Of a stretch of DNA of 64,000 nucleotides, positions 12,893 through 23,858 are shown in pieces (the first letter of the stretch is position 1; each line of letters begins with the position of its first letter). Position numbers and translations under genes: made by a program. Origin of the DNA: Emiliania huxleyi CCMP1516 (taxonomy: Eukaryota); NCBI RefSeq assembly GCF_000372725.1, contig NW_005201912.1, positions 124,001 through 188,000 of the forward strand, given 5' to 3'. The notes under the pieces are model-generated. The model was given only the letters and a program-made list of their open reading frames with translations, was not told the origin of the DNA and ran no database searches.

Positions 12893-15236
12893 ATGCTCTC
12901 CCTGCTCTCCCTGGCGCTCGGGCTCAGCCTCCTCACGACCAGCCGTCCGCCGGCACCGCGGGCCGCGGCGCGCCTCGCCGCCTCTTCTGCGCCGTCGTTC
13001 AGCCTGCCCTCGCCGATCGAGACGCTGAAGCGGCTCAGCTCCGCAGAGGCCCGCGAGCTGCAGCGGGAGCTGCTGGAGCTCGCCTTCGAGCAGGACCCGC
13101 AGGTCGTCGTCCGGCGCTCGCTCGACCTTGCGCGTGCGGTCCGCGTCGTCGGCTCCGAGACGGTGCAGGGCCTTTCCTCGGCCGCAGCTGCGCCAGAGCC
13201 GCCCGTGATCCTGCGGCGGATGTGCGAGGAGCTTGGTGCGACGTACGTCAAGCTCGGGCAGTTCATTGCGTCGTCGCCGACGCTCTTCCCGCCCGAGTAC
13301 GTGCAGGAGTTCCAAAAATGCCTCGACGCGACGCCGCCGATGCCGTGGTGCAGAGCAGAGCATACACACATGCAGAGGCGGAGGTCGGGTCTCTTCTAGG
13401 AAGGTTCGTCGGAGCCCTCCGCATAGGTCCGACGTCAAGGAGATCGTCGAGGCGGAGCTCGGCCGTCCCATCGGCCAGGTCTACGCGTCGGTCGACGAGA
13501 CGCCTCTGGCTGCCGCGTCGATAGCGCAGGTGCACCCCGCTGGCCACGGCCCGGAGCGCGGCACAGTGCCCTATCACACCGCTCATCCGACTGGCCGGGG
13601 CTAGCGGTCGAAGACCCGTGCGTGGCAAGGCGGGGATCCCGAGCACATTCCGTCGCCCCTCTCTTCTTCCTCGTCTTCAGGTGCACGCGGCCAGGCTGCT
13701 CAGCGGGGAGGACGTCGTTCTCAAGGTGCAGAAGAAGGGCGTGCAAGGGTCGCTCAAGGCGGACCTCGACCTGCTCTATGCGAACGCGCGCGTGCTGCAG
13801 CTCCTCGGCGCAGCGACCGCACTAGCGGTTCGGAGGAACGCCCCTCGCCTGCCCTCCAGGAACACCTCTCGGAGCCGCCCTGCAGGCGTCGTGACCGCCG
13901 AGCTCTCGGACGTGGTCGCGACCCTTCGCTCGGCGATCCTCGAGGAGAGACTAGACCTGCGCTCGCGGCAGCAGCGAGACGCGACGAGCACGGAAGGACC
14001 CGCCTCACGTGTGGATGAATAGGAGATCGACTTCGTGCTCGAGGCGCAGCGCACGCAGCTAGCTCGCCGAACTCCTCCCTCGTCTCTGAACCGTCTAGGA
14101 CCCTCCCGCAGGCGCAGCGGACGGAGCAGTTCGCCGAGTTCCTCGCTCGCTCGCCGGAGCTGGACGGCGTCGTCACCGTGCCCAAGGTGTACCGCGCCGC
14201 CTCCGCCTCGCGGCTGCTCACGCTCGAGCGCCTCTACGGAGTGCCGCTCATCGACCTCGAGTCGGTGCGCGAGTCTTTGGCCGGAGGTGGCGAGACACCG
14301 AGCCAGAGTGGCGGGTGCTGAACGCAACAGGTGCGCAAGTACCAGCCGCAGCCTGAGCTGGCGCTCATCGTCGCGCTAAACACGTGGGTGAGCAGCGTGC
14401 TGACCAACGAGTGGTTCCACGCAGACGTGCATGCCGGCAACCTGCTCGTCCTCACCGACGGCCGAGAGTAGCGGAGACTCGCCCCTAGCCGAGCATTGAG
14501 CCGACTCTTGGACGAGACCACTCCTTCTCGCCCTCCTTCTCGTCCCTCGAGCCGCGTCGGATTCACCGGCGGACTATGTGAAGCCTGTGTGTGTGGACCC
14601 TTCTCGGAGCTTCCCTGCAGGCCGGGTCGCCTTCATCGACTTTGGGATCGTCGGCGCCATCCCCGCCGCCACCGCGGAGGGGATGCTCGACTTCGTGCGC
14701 TCCTTCCCGGCGGGCGACATGGCTGGCGTCGGCCGCGCGCTCGAGAAGATGGGCTTCACCAAGGAGCTCTCGGAAGAGCAGTCCGCCGCCTTCGCAAAGG
14801 ACATCGGCGAGGTCATCGCCTCGATTGACAGCATGACCGCCGACATCGCGACCACCGCGAGCGCGGGCGCCGCCGCGAGCGCCATCGACGAGACGCAGCT
14901 GAACCGCGCGGTCGCTGCCGTCGCGCGCGTCGCCGAGGGGTGCCGGATCCTAGCTGCTTTGGCGATGCACTGCATTCTTGCAGCCTTTGGTCTGCGCCCC
15001 TCAGTCCACCGCGGTCTGCCCTCAGGTACGGGATCCGCTTCCCGCGCGAGTTTGCGCTCCTCATCAAGCAGGTCCTGTACTTCGACCGGTACACGTCTCT
15101 GCTCGCGCCCGGCCTCGACGTGCTCAACGACGAGCGGCTCTCGATGAACCGGCCGCCGGGCGACGGCGGCGTCTCTAGTGTCGAGGGCGGTAGTGTTGCC
15201 GTTGAGGTGCTGCCGCCGGAGGACGATGCGGAGTGA
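12893..15236 (+). CDS. ABC1/UbiB-family atypical kinase (ABC1K), likely plastid-targeted, multi-exon
   Basis: Signal-like N-terminus [14 protein letters not shown]. Motifs [43 protein letters not shown] and [10 protein letters not shown]. Confidence 0.92.
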
Positions 15237-15351
15237 GAATAGAGGCTGGAGAGAGCCAAGTACGGGGAAGAAAAACGCCAAGTTTGATTTCTTTCTTTTT
15301 TGGGCGCATTCGGAGGAAATATTTGTAAAGGGACCGCACTGGCGCTCCTTC

Positions 15352-15484
<133 letters not shown>

Positions 15485-15636
15485 TACTCGAAGTACGTCG
15501 GTACAACAGGCATCTCGAGAACCTCGAGAGCACCTCTGCCGTCGTGCCTGCCCCCCCCGCCGCCGTAGCCCTTCCCTGATCCTGCCTTTCGCGGTCGTCG
15601 GGGCGCATGGGCCTGCCGCCAACGTTATCGTGGCGC

Positions 15637-17484
15637 TCACCTTCGCGCGCGCTTTGTCAGCGGCAGATTGTCAGACTCGTCGCTACTCGAGTCGGCCTTC
15701 GAGTCGCCCGAAGCGGGAGCAAGAGCGGGACCGGTCGCTCTCGTGCCAGATGCTGTTGGGTGCGACGCCGCGGCGGCTGGCGCATCCGCCCCAAGCTGCT
15801 CCAAACGAGACCGCGATACGCCGTGAGTCCTCCACTGCTGCTTCTGCGCGTCGAACTCGTCCGTCCAAGATTCGCATTCGAGGCTGCCCGTGAGCAACTT
15901 CTTTTGCTCATCGCTCAGGTCGGCCCAAGGAACCAGGGTCACAGATTTCGGGGCGGCGGTAGGCTTCGGGACGCCGCCGCCACCAAAGCTGCGCAGGTAG
16001 GCGAACTCCGAGCACTTGCAGATGATGTTGGTGGTGGCTGCTGCATTAGGGCTGACGTATTCGGAGCCCCCTCCACTCCGCCGCGTCTTGCCGCTGATGA
16101 ACAAGTTGAAGTCGAGGTCCTCCATGGCATGCATCTGTCGCTTAAAGTTAAAGGACTCGAGCAAGTCGAGATTAATGATGAGCACCTTCATGACATGCTT
16201 GCGAAGAAAGGGCGAGCGGCGCTGCAGACTTGCCGGCGAGTCCCGCGTTGCTCCCTGCCAAGAGTGGAAGCCGAACATCGCAATGTCGCGCATGCCAGGC
16301 TGTGGGTCGTCGCCGAGTAGACCGAGGCCCGTCTCGAAATACCGCAGCACCGTGGACAGAGAAGCGCTCACCGAGGTACCGCCTCTGAGGTTAAAGCGTT
16401 TCCACCCAGCAACGTTGTCATCATGCATCACATAGAAGCGATGCCGCGTCCCCGAGCAAACCGCAGCGGCAAATCGGTGCGCAGAGTACCTCGAGTGGCC
16501 GACCGAGGAGAAGTAGTCGCCACCTGCCTCCGAGCTACTGGCCGCCGAGCGAGGTGCTCGCAGACGAAGCTGCTCGTCAAAGTCAACCTCAGGATGCAAG
16601 AAGAAGGAGATGTCGGCGAAGTCTGGGTGGGTTAGGTACTGGTCAAACGTCGCTTGGCCGATCACCGACGCCGGGTAGATGCAGACGACCTGCACGTACG
16701 AGCGGCCGACAAACTGCTTGTCGAGGCAGAGCTGAGCAGCTCTGCCCGCCTTGTAGCTCAGCATGAATATCGGCAGCTGGCAGAAATCATCGTCCGGAAT
16801 CTGAAGCCGCACCATGCCGTCAAGATGCTTCCAGCATGCGGCCTGAGCAGCCGAGATGTAGAGCCAGCCTGACTCGCCAGACTGGAAGCTGATTTGCACG
16901 GGCGCGGGCCGCTCAAGCGCGGGCGGACCCTTGCCTTTGCGCCCGTCGAGGTATGGGACAAGGCTCATGCGAGCGGTGGCAGGTTGCTGCGTGGCCTGCG
17001 CTGCGCCTGCAGACTGTTTGCCCGGATTTTCTTTGATGCCGCGATTGCCCTCACTTGGGACTTTAAGCGCCGGATCCAGCTCGTCCCCTCGCCCACCGTT
17101 CTGGTAGTGCTCCCACACTGCGTCGCACGCCGGGTCGCCGTAGTCGCCGTTGGCTGGGCTGGCCTTGTCGTGCTGGAAGTGAACTTTCTTGAGGGCGTCG
17201 ACGTCCGGATAGCCTCCACTGGTAGACGCTGCGCCGTCGCAGCCTTCATCGGAGTCATCGTTGTCGTCGTCCGAGAGCAGGATGTCCACGTCCCTTTGCC
17301 TCGCGCGTGCACCTAAGGCGGCGATGCAGTGGACGAGCGCCGCTGTCTTGCCGATCTGAGGCTCGCCAAAGAGAAGGAAGCGCCGCTTGTGCCAGCGCGG
17401 CTTCTGTCCCTCAGGGTCGTCGTTTTTCTTTTTTACTAGCCCTCGAGGTTGATCGAGGTCGTGAGAGGCCCGTGATTTGTTCAT
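15637..17484 (-). CDS. GREB1-like / TET-associated glycosyltransferase (TAGT, JGT-like) preceded by a Walker A motif; intronless, probably 5'-truncated
   Basis: Walker A FLLFGEPQIGKT (GEPQIGKT at 17367-17344). GT-A motifs LPIFMLSYKAGR (16776-16741), SVGHSR, FYVMHDDNV (16437-16411), VLIINL and MEDLDFN (from 16125), ending in GGGG. 615 codons from ATG 17484. Confidence 0.75.
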   Translation of the reverse strand: MNKSRASHDLDQPRGLVKKKNDDPEGQKPRWHKRRFLLFGEPQIGKTAALVHCIAALGARARQRDVDILLSDDDNDDSDEGCDGAASTSGGYPDVDALKKVHFQHDKASPANGDYGDPACDAVWEHYQNGGRGDELDPALKVPSEGNRGIKENPGKQSAGAAQATQQPATARMSLVPYLDGRKGKGPPALERPAPVQISFQSGESGWLYISAAQAACWKHLDGMVRLQIPDDDFCQLPIFMLSYKAGRAAQLCLDKQFVGRSYVQVVCIYPASVIGQATFDQYLTHPDFADISFFLHPEVDFDEQLRLRAPRSAASSSEAGGDYFSSVGHSRYSAHRFAAAVCSGTRHRFYVMHDDNVAGWKRFNLRGGTSVSASLSTVLRYFETGLGLLGDDPQPGMRDIAMFGFHSWQGATRDSPASLQRRSPFLRKHVMKVLIINLDLLESFNFKRQMHAMEDLDFNLFISGKTRRSGGGSEYVSPNAAATTNIICKCSEFAYLRSFGGGGVPKPTAAPKSVTLVPWADLSDEQKKLLTGSLECESWTDEFDAQKQQWRTHGVSRSRLEQLGADAPAAAASHPTASGTRATGPALAPASGDSKADSSSDESDNLPLTKRARR

Positions 17485-17503
17485 ATGCAAAGAACAAAAT
17501 GCG

Positions 17504-18612
17504 TCACGGCGGTCTGCCCTGCTGCTGATAGTACGCGGCCCACGCCGCCTGGTGCTGGTGGTACGCTGCCCACGCCGCCTGCTGCCGGTAGTACTCGGCC
17601 CACGCCTCCTGCCCGTGCGCCTGCGCTGCGCCCGCCGCGCCCGCCGCGCCCCCGCCCGCCTCGCCCGCGGGTGGCGGGCTGTGCTGCGGTCGCAGCACCT
17701 CGCCGCGCGTGAAGCAGCCGTGCCGGGCGCGGAACTCCTCGGCAGAGGACGGCACCGCATCCCGCCGCCACTCTGGCTCCGCGCCGGCGACGCGCGCAGC
17801 CTTGCCGCCCTCTGCCGTGCCGCCCTCTGCCGTGCCGCCCTCTCCCTGCGCAGCAGCACCGGCGACCGGCTCGACGGGCGGCGCCGCAGTCGCCTCCGCC
17901 TCCCGCCGCCTCTTCGCCGCCGCCGCCGCCACGCCGTCCGCGCCTCCCGCCGCGCTGTTTGCCGCGCCGCCCCCCGCACCATCTGCGCCGCCGCCGCCTC
18001 TGCTACCGCCTCCGCCGCCGCCTCCGCCGCCCCCTCCGCCTCCTCCGCCGCCTCCTCCGCCCCCTCCGCCGCCCCCTCCACCGAGGGTGAGGGTGTACAC
18101 TCGCTTGCCACGCTGCAGCACCCTACCGAGCGGCCGTCCGCGCAGCCTCTCCCCGTCCACCGCCAGGATGACCTCGCCCATTGCCCGCGCGGCGTGGGTC
18201 GTGGACGCGTCGTGGACGCGTCGCGGACGCCTCCGGCGCCGCCCGCCGCACCGACGCGCACCACGCCCTCCCGCTCCGCCTGCCCGCCCGCCGCCAGGCC
18301 GACGACACGGTTCTCTTCGTCGAGCAGCAGGCCGAGGCCGCCTGAGGAGTAGCGCATCCAGCTCCGTGTGAAGGCGTCGCTCGCCGACTCGCCTTGCCGA
18401 GGCGCGGGCCGAGGCCGCCGCTGCCGCTGCCCACGCAGACGCGCCGCGAGCCCGCCTCCTCCGCACCCTCCTCCGCCGCGCCGACGGCGTCGCACTGCGC
18501 CGGCCGCGGCTGGGGAGGTCGAGGAGGCGGGCGGGCGGCGGCGTGTCTGGCGAGGGGGCGGCGGTGGAGGCGGGGCGAGGCGGTGCGAGCGGCGGCGCTG
18601 CCGGGTGGACAT
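17504..18612 (-). CDS. PDZ-like domain protein with Gly/Ala/Gln-rich tail (spliced)
   Basis: GGLGLLLDEENRVVGLAAGGQAEREGVVRVG|EVILAVDGERL matches the PDZ pattern. Stop at 17504; the start is approximate. Confidence 0.6.
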
Positions 18613-18821
18613 CGCGAGCTCAGATGCGCACGAGCCGGATTTTTTTCCCGCATGCAGTGTTGCTAATATTTTTCCTTGTGCCAGGGCTGCGGGGCTCGAG
18701 CCCGAAGGACGGGCAGCTGCACTCGGCGCCGCCAACCATCATCGGTGGGCGGCACTGACTGGGCCCCGGACGACGGACGATGGGGCGATACATACATGAC
18801 AAGTCCCGCTCGCTCGCGGCG

Positions 18822-19932
18822 TTAGCGCAAGTACCCCAGCCCGGCCAGCCGGCGGAGCTGTTCGTAGAGCGGCAGCGTCATCAAAAAGATGGGCGCCAGC
18901 TTGGCGTACTGCGGGCCGAGCCCGCGCCAGAGCGACAGCACCCCCTCCCTCCTCACGAGCTGGGAGGCGCAGTCGCCGACGCTGCTGTAGTGCGCGCCGA
19001 CGGCGGGCGCGCCCTGGTACCTGTTGAGGACGATGTCCGGCGGCAGGGAGAGCACGGCGGCGCAGCCGGCGGCGAGGAGGGAGCAGAGCACGTGTGTGCC
19101 GGCGCCCTCGGCGAGTCCGTTGGCGCGGACGGCGCGCTGGGTAGGGGCGGAGGAGGAGTGAGGGTGGCGGGGAGGCGGCGAAGGCCGAGGCGAGGGCGGC
19201 CACGCCTTCGCTGCGTCGTAGCCTCCAAGCTGGCCCGCGGAGAGGGCGCCGCCACTGGAGGGGGTGGCAGGGAATACGGTCACGCGCGCGAATCCGGCGG
19301 GCGGCGGACGAGGCATGTGTGTATGGCCCCCATGGACAGCACTCACCGGACGAAGAGCGCGGACACGCCGCGGTAGTGGCCCGCCCATCCGGCGGAGCGG
19401 CTGACCAACGCCAGCGACGCGGCGAGGGAGGAGGAGGAGGAAGGGGCGGACTGCTGGAGCGCCTTGACGTTGAAGAAGGGGCAGGCGAGGCTGTTTGTGA
19501 GAGCACCCGTCGAGAGGCCCGCCGCAAAGGCGGTCGCCGGCGTAGAGACGCCTGAGGCGCCCTCGATGGCGTCGCGAAGTGGCTCGTACAGCACCATGCG
19601 GCAGCTATTTCAAGGGACGATTTGAGTGGTGAGACGGGGATGCGGTGGTCGGTGCGAGCGGTCGGCCTGAAGGCGACGCCCATCGACGCCATCCAAGCAG
19701 AGACGCCGGGCTGCATCAGCCCGCGCACCAAGCCTTCATCCCGGGCGAGGCGGAGAGCAAAGTCATAGACGGACGGCGGCCGTGTCGCAGCCGATTCAAG
19801 CTGAAAGCGAACTCGGATCACCTCCACAGGGTTGGTCGCGGCGGCGGCAATGGCAGCCGTGGTGCCGGCACACGCGAGGCGGCGAAGCGCGACGAATTGC
19901 GGCTGCTGATTGTCGGACTGGACACTCAGCAT
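18822..19932 (-). CDS. Mitochondrial carrier (SLC25) family protein, multi-exon
   Basis: Three Px[DE]xx[KR]xR-like repeats: NPVEVIRVRFQ, CPFFNVK and LPPDIVLNRYQ. Also EGVLSLWRGLGP. Confidence 0.9.
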
Positions 19933-20047
19933 CAGATCAGATCGGAGCCGATGTGATCGGGCGGGAGAGGCAGCTGACCACCCCCGGCCGTCAAGAGGGG
20001 TACAAGAAAAAGAAGAATTAGACAACCCAACTCTCTCTGAGTTGTGC

Positions 20048-20905
20048 ACTGGGGGGTTGTATCAGAGGGGGGGGGTCTGAGGCAAGGGGGCCCAGATCTG
20101 CTCGTCTCAGAGGGTACCCTCTGTGCCAAGAGAGGCCATCCACGAGCGGCTCAGAGGGTGCCTGGGCCGACCCTCTGAAGGCCTGTGCCGCCAAGCCAGC
20201 CTCTCTCGGCGCAGCCTCTGAGGCTACGGGGACCCTCTGAGACGCCAAGGCAAGCCCCGCGAGGCCGCTCCTCAGAGGGGTGGCATTTCAAGTCTCTCTC
20301 AACCACAGAAAAAGAATTTGTGCGCGGGAGTTGACGGAACTGTAGAATCTGTCTCTTCTCTACTCTGCGCGAGGCGCCCCAGCTGTGGCGAGGCACCCAA
20401 GATGCGCATCAGAGTCCGGGTCAACGGTGTGGAGGGCGGTGCCACGCTTTCGATCGGCGCCGAGGCGGGCGTCAAAACGGAGTCAGAGCTCGTTGCGGCG
20501 GCCGCGACCAAGCTGCTTGGCGTGGATCCGACGCAGTCGATCGACGTCAGCAAAGCAAAGCTGTTCCTTTCCGGAGGCGCTGTGAAAAGTCGTAATGTTT
20601 TACTACCCCGCCCCTCCCCGCCCTCACTGGTCAGCGCCGTTCGTGGAGGGCTAGGCAGCTCCGCCTCCGCCCGGGGCTCTCGCCTCTGCCGTGAGGGGGG
20701 GCCACCCCCCACCCTCTGAGGTCAAAGCCCTCTGTGCCGCGCCAAGACGGACCATCAGCCAGGGACCCTCTGAGGCCAAAAGCAGCCAAGAGAGGCCATA
20801 GAGGCGGCACAGAGTCAGAGTCAAACCCTCTGTGCCGCCAAGGCAGGGGTCCGACCCGTCCTCAGAGGGGGGTCTGAGGCCTCAGAGAGTGTACAGCCCC
20901 CCAGT
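20048..20905. mobile_element. Non-autonomous TIR DNA transposon (Pack-type) with 8-bp TSD
   Basis: TIRs ACTGGGGGGTTGTA (20048-20061) and TACAGCCCCCCAGT (20892-20905). TSD AGTTGTGC at 20040-20047 and 20906-20913. Many subterminal CCCTCTG(A/T)G motifs in both arms. Confidence 0.85.
20402..20590 (+). pseudogene. Captured 5' gene fragment, KHA/ubiquitin-like (KCTD9 N-terminal-like) domain
   Basis: MRIRVRVNGVEGGATLSIGAEAGVKTESELVAAAATKLLGVD...AKLFLSGGAV, truncated by the element's right arm. Confidence 0.5.
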
Positions 20906-20906
20906 A

Positions 20907-21157
20907 GTTGTGCCCTTGTTTGTGCCCTTGGCACCGTGGAGTGCTGGGGGGGGCGACAGGGAGGATGTGGCCCTGAGTTATGTGTACGCCGACTCAGGGT
21001 GTGTGGCAGCCAGCTGGCTGTGTGTCTTGTGAGCCTGTTTGTGTCTGTGTGTCGCTCGTGCGTGTCGTCATCATCTGTCCAGCGTCCACCCATACCGCGT
21101 TGGTGTCCAGTCCGAGCCTGGCTGTTCTTCACCTTTCTACCTACCTACCTCTCTCTG
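20907..21157 (+). repeat. ~250-bp dispersed repeat ending in (CTAC)n, copy 1 (retroposon-like 3' end)
   Basis: Near-identical to 22449-22699. Confidence 0.85.
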
Positions 21158-21367
21158 GTGCAGATGCTGCTGCTGGTGCGGCGCGGCTCTCCGACGCGAC
21201 TCGATGCGCGCGTCGTGGCAATCTGACGCGGCGGGCGGCGTCGCGGGCGGCAGCGGTGGCGGCTCGCGGGTGGAGGTGGAGGCTGGAGGCTGTGGTGGAC
21301 CTTTGAGTTTATTTCATGATGGACTACGAGGACTAGTGATGCTGCTCCTGATGCCCCCCCCCGCCCC

Positions 21368-21410
<43 letters not shown>

Positions 21411-21417
21411 CCTCCCT

Positions 21418-21525
21418 NNNNNNNNNNNNNNNNNNNNNNNNNNNNNNNNNNNNNNNNNNNNNNNNNNNNNNNNNNNNNNNNNNNNNNNNNNNNNNNNNNN
21501 NNNNNNNNNNNNNNNNNNNNNNNNN
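21418..21525. other. Assembly gap (108 N)
   Basis: Run of N. Confidence 1.
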
Positions 21526-22448
21526 GGGCTAGTAGATTGCCGGCCTTAAGTCATAGGTGACGCGAGGGCGCTCACTTAATTGATTAATTCACTCATTAAT
21601 TCCTTAATTGCGTACCGTATTCCGGGTAATCTTAATTATTAATCATCGGGCGGGGCGCGGCGCGGCGGCTGCGCGAGGCGGCGGCGCGGCGCATCGGCGG
21701 GCGGGCGGAGCGGGGCGGCGCGACCATCTGTCCTGACCGGGGCCTCTGGTCTTTGATGCGGAACAACGGTCGCGCCGCCCTCGACTCAAGGGGCTGCCTT
21801 CCACACGTCGCTGCTCAGGCCGGGGGAGGGGGGGAGACCTCCTGTTCCTCGCGGAACGGGAGCAGCCCCCTCCTTGCCCGGTCTGCGAAGCAGGGCGGTG
21901 GTCGTGCCATCTTCGCTTCAAAACGACCACGCCGCAATCGTCGCCGGCGCGCGACACGTTCCCGGAGGCCGGACTGTCCTGGTCGAGAGTGTGTGCCGCC
22001 AAGGCGGGGCTACTCGGGGACAGTGCCGACGGGGCGCGGCTCGTGAGACGACTCCCGCGAAGGCACGGCTGGCATCCGTGGCGTGGGGCTCGCCTTCGAA
22101 AAGTCGGGCATGGCTCTCCCCGCAACTCTATCGCTAACACGCGCGCACCACCGAGACTGTGGTGGGCGCGCTGCGGTCGCACGTCTACCTCCGTCATAGT
22201 GCCACGACGTGCGGCCTAGAATTAGCACACGCGCCTCTGCTTGCATACACTCATACATTGGATTGTCATCGCCTGTGAGTGCAAGATTAGGGCTAGCCGC
22301 AGGCAGCTAGCCTCTGAGGAGGGCGTCCATAGACACCTCACTAGACCCCACACACGGTCTCGTCCGTGCCTCGCCGGCCGGAGAGATTGCTGGAGGTAGA
22401 GCACGCCTGCTCTAGCCTCGCATGTCACTTCCTGTCGTCTGTTGTGTC

Positions 22449-22699
22449 GTTGTGCCCTTGTTTGTACTCTTGGCACCGTGGAGTGCTGGGGGGGGCGACA
22501 GGGAGGATATGGCCTTGAGTTATGTGTAAGCCGACTCAGGGTGTGTGGCAGCCCGCTGGCTGTGTGTCTTGTGAGCTTGTTTGTGTCTGTGTGTCGCTCG
22601 TGCGTGTCGTCATCATCTGTCCAGCGTCCACCCATACCGCGTTGGTGTCCAGTCCGAGCCTGGCTGTTCTTCACCTTTCTACCTACCTACCTCTCTCTG
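22449..22699 (+). repeat. ~250-bp dispersed repeat, copy 2
   Basis: Near-identical to 20907-21157. Confidence 0.85.
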
Positions 22700-22727
22700 T
22701 ACGTCGTGTGCGTGTCTGGTGTTTATT

Positions 22728-22965
22728 AGCTCCGAGTAGAGGGGGCGCTCCGCTGCTAGGGGAAACCTGGAGCGCGGACTAACCCTCGGAGACCCGTGTT
22801 TACTTTAAGGCCCTTTCCTTGCGAACGCGCACCCCCCCTAGCTAGGGGTCAGGGCTCTCTAGCCCGTAGCCCGATGCCGATCATCCGGCCCGCTGGGTGC
22901 GCTTCTCAGCTCCCCGGCCCTGGATGTGAGGTTACTGACTGCACTCCAAGTGCTCCAAGTGCTCT
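22728..22965 (+). repeat. Dispersed repeat A (inverted homolog at 48762-49191)
   Basis: Shares TAGCTCCGAGTAGAGGGGGCG, AACCCTCGGAGACCCGTGTT and CCGATGCC.ATCATCCGGCCCGCTGGGTGCGCTTCT...ACTGCACTCCAAGTGCTCCAAG with the second copy. Confidence 0.85.
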
Positions 22966-23039
22966 CTCACAGCAGACAGGCTCGACACAGGTGCGAACTG
23001 GCGCGTGCTAGAAAAAGAATTTCCCTCGGCCGACACTAG

Positions 23040-23180
23040 GGTCTAGGCACGGGACTGGCGCGCACTCACTGGCACTAACACAGGTACACCACGGGAGCCG
23101 CCTAAGCGACTCCAAGAAAAAGAATTTTACTCCTGAGCTCCCTCGCACAACACTGGGCACGGGACTGGCGCGCACTGGCG
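23040..23180 (+). repeat. Dispersed repeat B (GGGACTGGCGCG...GGAGCCGCCTAAG...GAAAAAGAATTTT)
   Basis: Inverted homolog at ~50070-50165 and a partial homolog at 26062-26096. Confidence 0.7.
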
Positions 23181-23201
23181 GTGAACCTTCTTTTCTAGAC
23201 G

Positions 23202-23505
23202 GCTAGGATTGAGAGCAGCCTCGCTCTCAATAACTCAATCCTAGAAGTCGAAGGATTGTGAGCAGCAGTCATCGCAATCGTAGCATCTCTGTGCGATTGT
23301 GAGCGCCTGACTACGAGCAGCTTCGCTCCCAAGGTGGCTGGTGACGCCTACGACTACTACCAGCGCGCTCGCAATCCGAGCAAAGTCTAGGATTGCGAGC
23401 AGCACTGCTCACAATCCTAGCAACATGCCTCCGATTGCGAGCAGTAGCGCTCGCAATCCTACATCTTGTATGTAGGACTATGAGCGGCTGCGCTCACAAT
23501 CGTAC
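23202..23505. repeat. Array of ~6-7 palindromic units AGGATTG(C/T)GAGC-N5-7-GCTC(A/G)CAATCCT
   Basis: Example CTAGGATTGCGAGCAGCACTGCTCACAATCCTAG at ~23388-23420. Units are separated by 6-10 nt linkers. Confidence 0.85.
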
Positions 23506-23782
23506 CCTGAGGGAGGGTGTAGTTCCTGTAGAGGATGTAGACTGTACGCTAGGAGCAGTGCGGTGCCCTCGTCGGCGGAGAGGACGCCAAGGCAGTCCAC
23601 GCGAGGCAGCCCGCCCCGGAGGCTGTGCGAGCGGGCGGCAGCCTTCTACCCTTCTTGTTGTCGCTCATCTCGAGCTCGCTCTCGGCCGCCGAGGGCGGGG
23701 CTAGGGCCTAGGGCGTAGGGGCGGAGAGTGCCAGCAGGGGAGCGAAAAAAGAAATTTGCGCTGCAGTGGGACTAACGAAATG

Positions 23783-23844
23783 TTAAAATCCCTGTGTGTT
23801 GGCGGCGTGCCGTCCTCCCATCCCTCCCTTGGGTTGTCTGTTTC
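23783..23844 (+). mobile_element. Family M retroposon 3' end, copy 3
   Basis: Matches the other M copies; lies 14 bp beyond the HET-LRR stop codon. Confidence 0.85.
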
Positions 23845-23858
23845 AAATAAGGTGTGCC

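Noticed and set aside
15637..18735. 1032-aa ORF as a single protein
   Set aside because: The first ~417 codons run through introns and off-frame parts of the PDZ gene; coherent GT-type sequence starts near 17484.
23202..23505. CRISPR array or lac operator/vector contamination (arms resemble ATTGTGAGC..GCTCACAAT)
   Set aside because: Units are degenerate, linkers are only 6-10 nt, and there are no cas or vector sequences; the context is eukaryotic.
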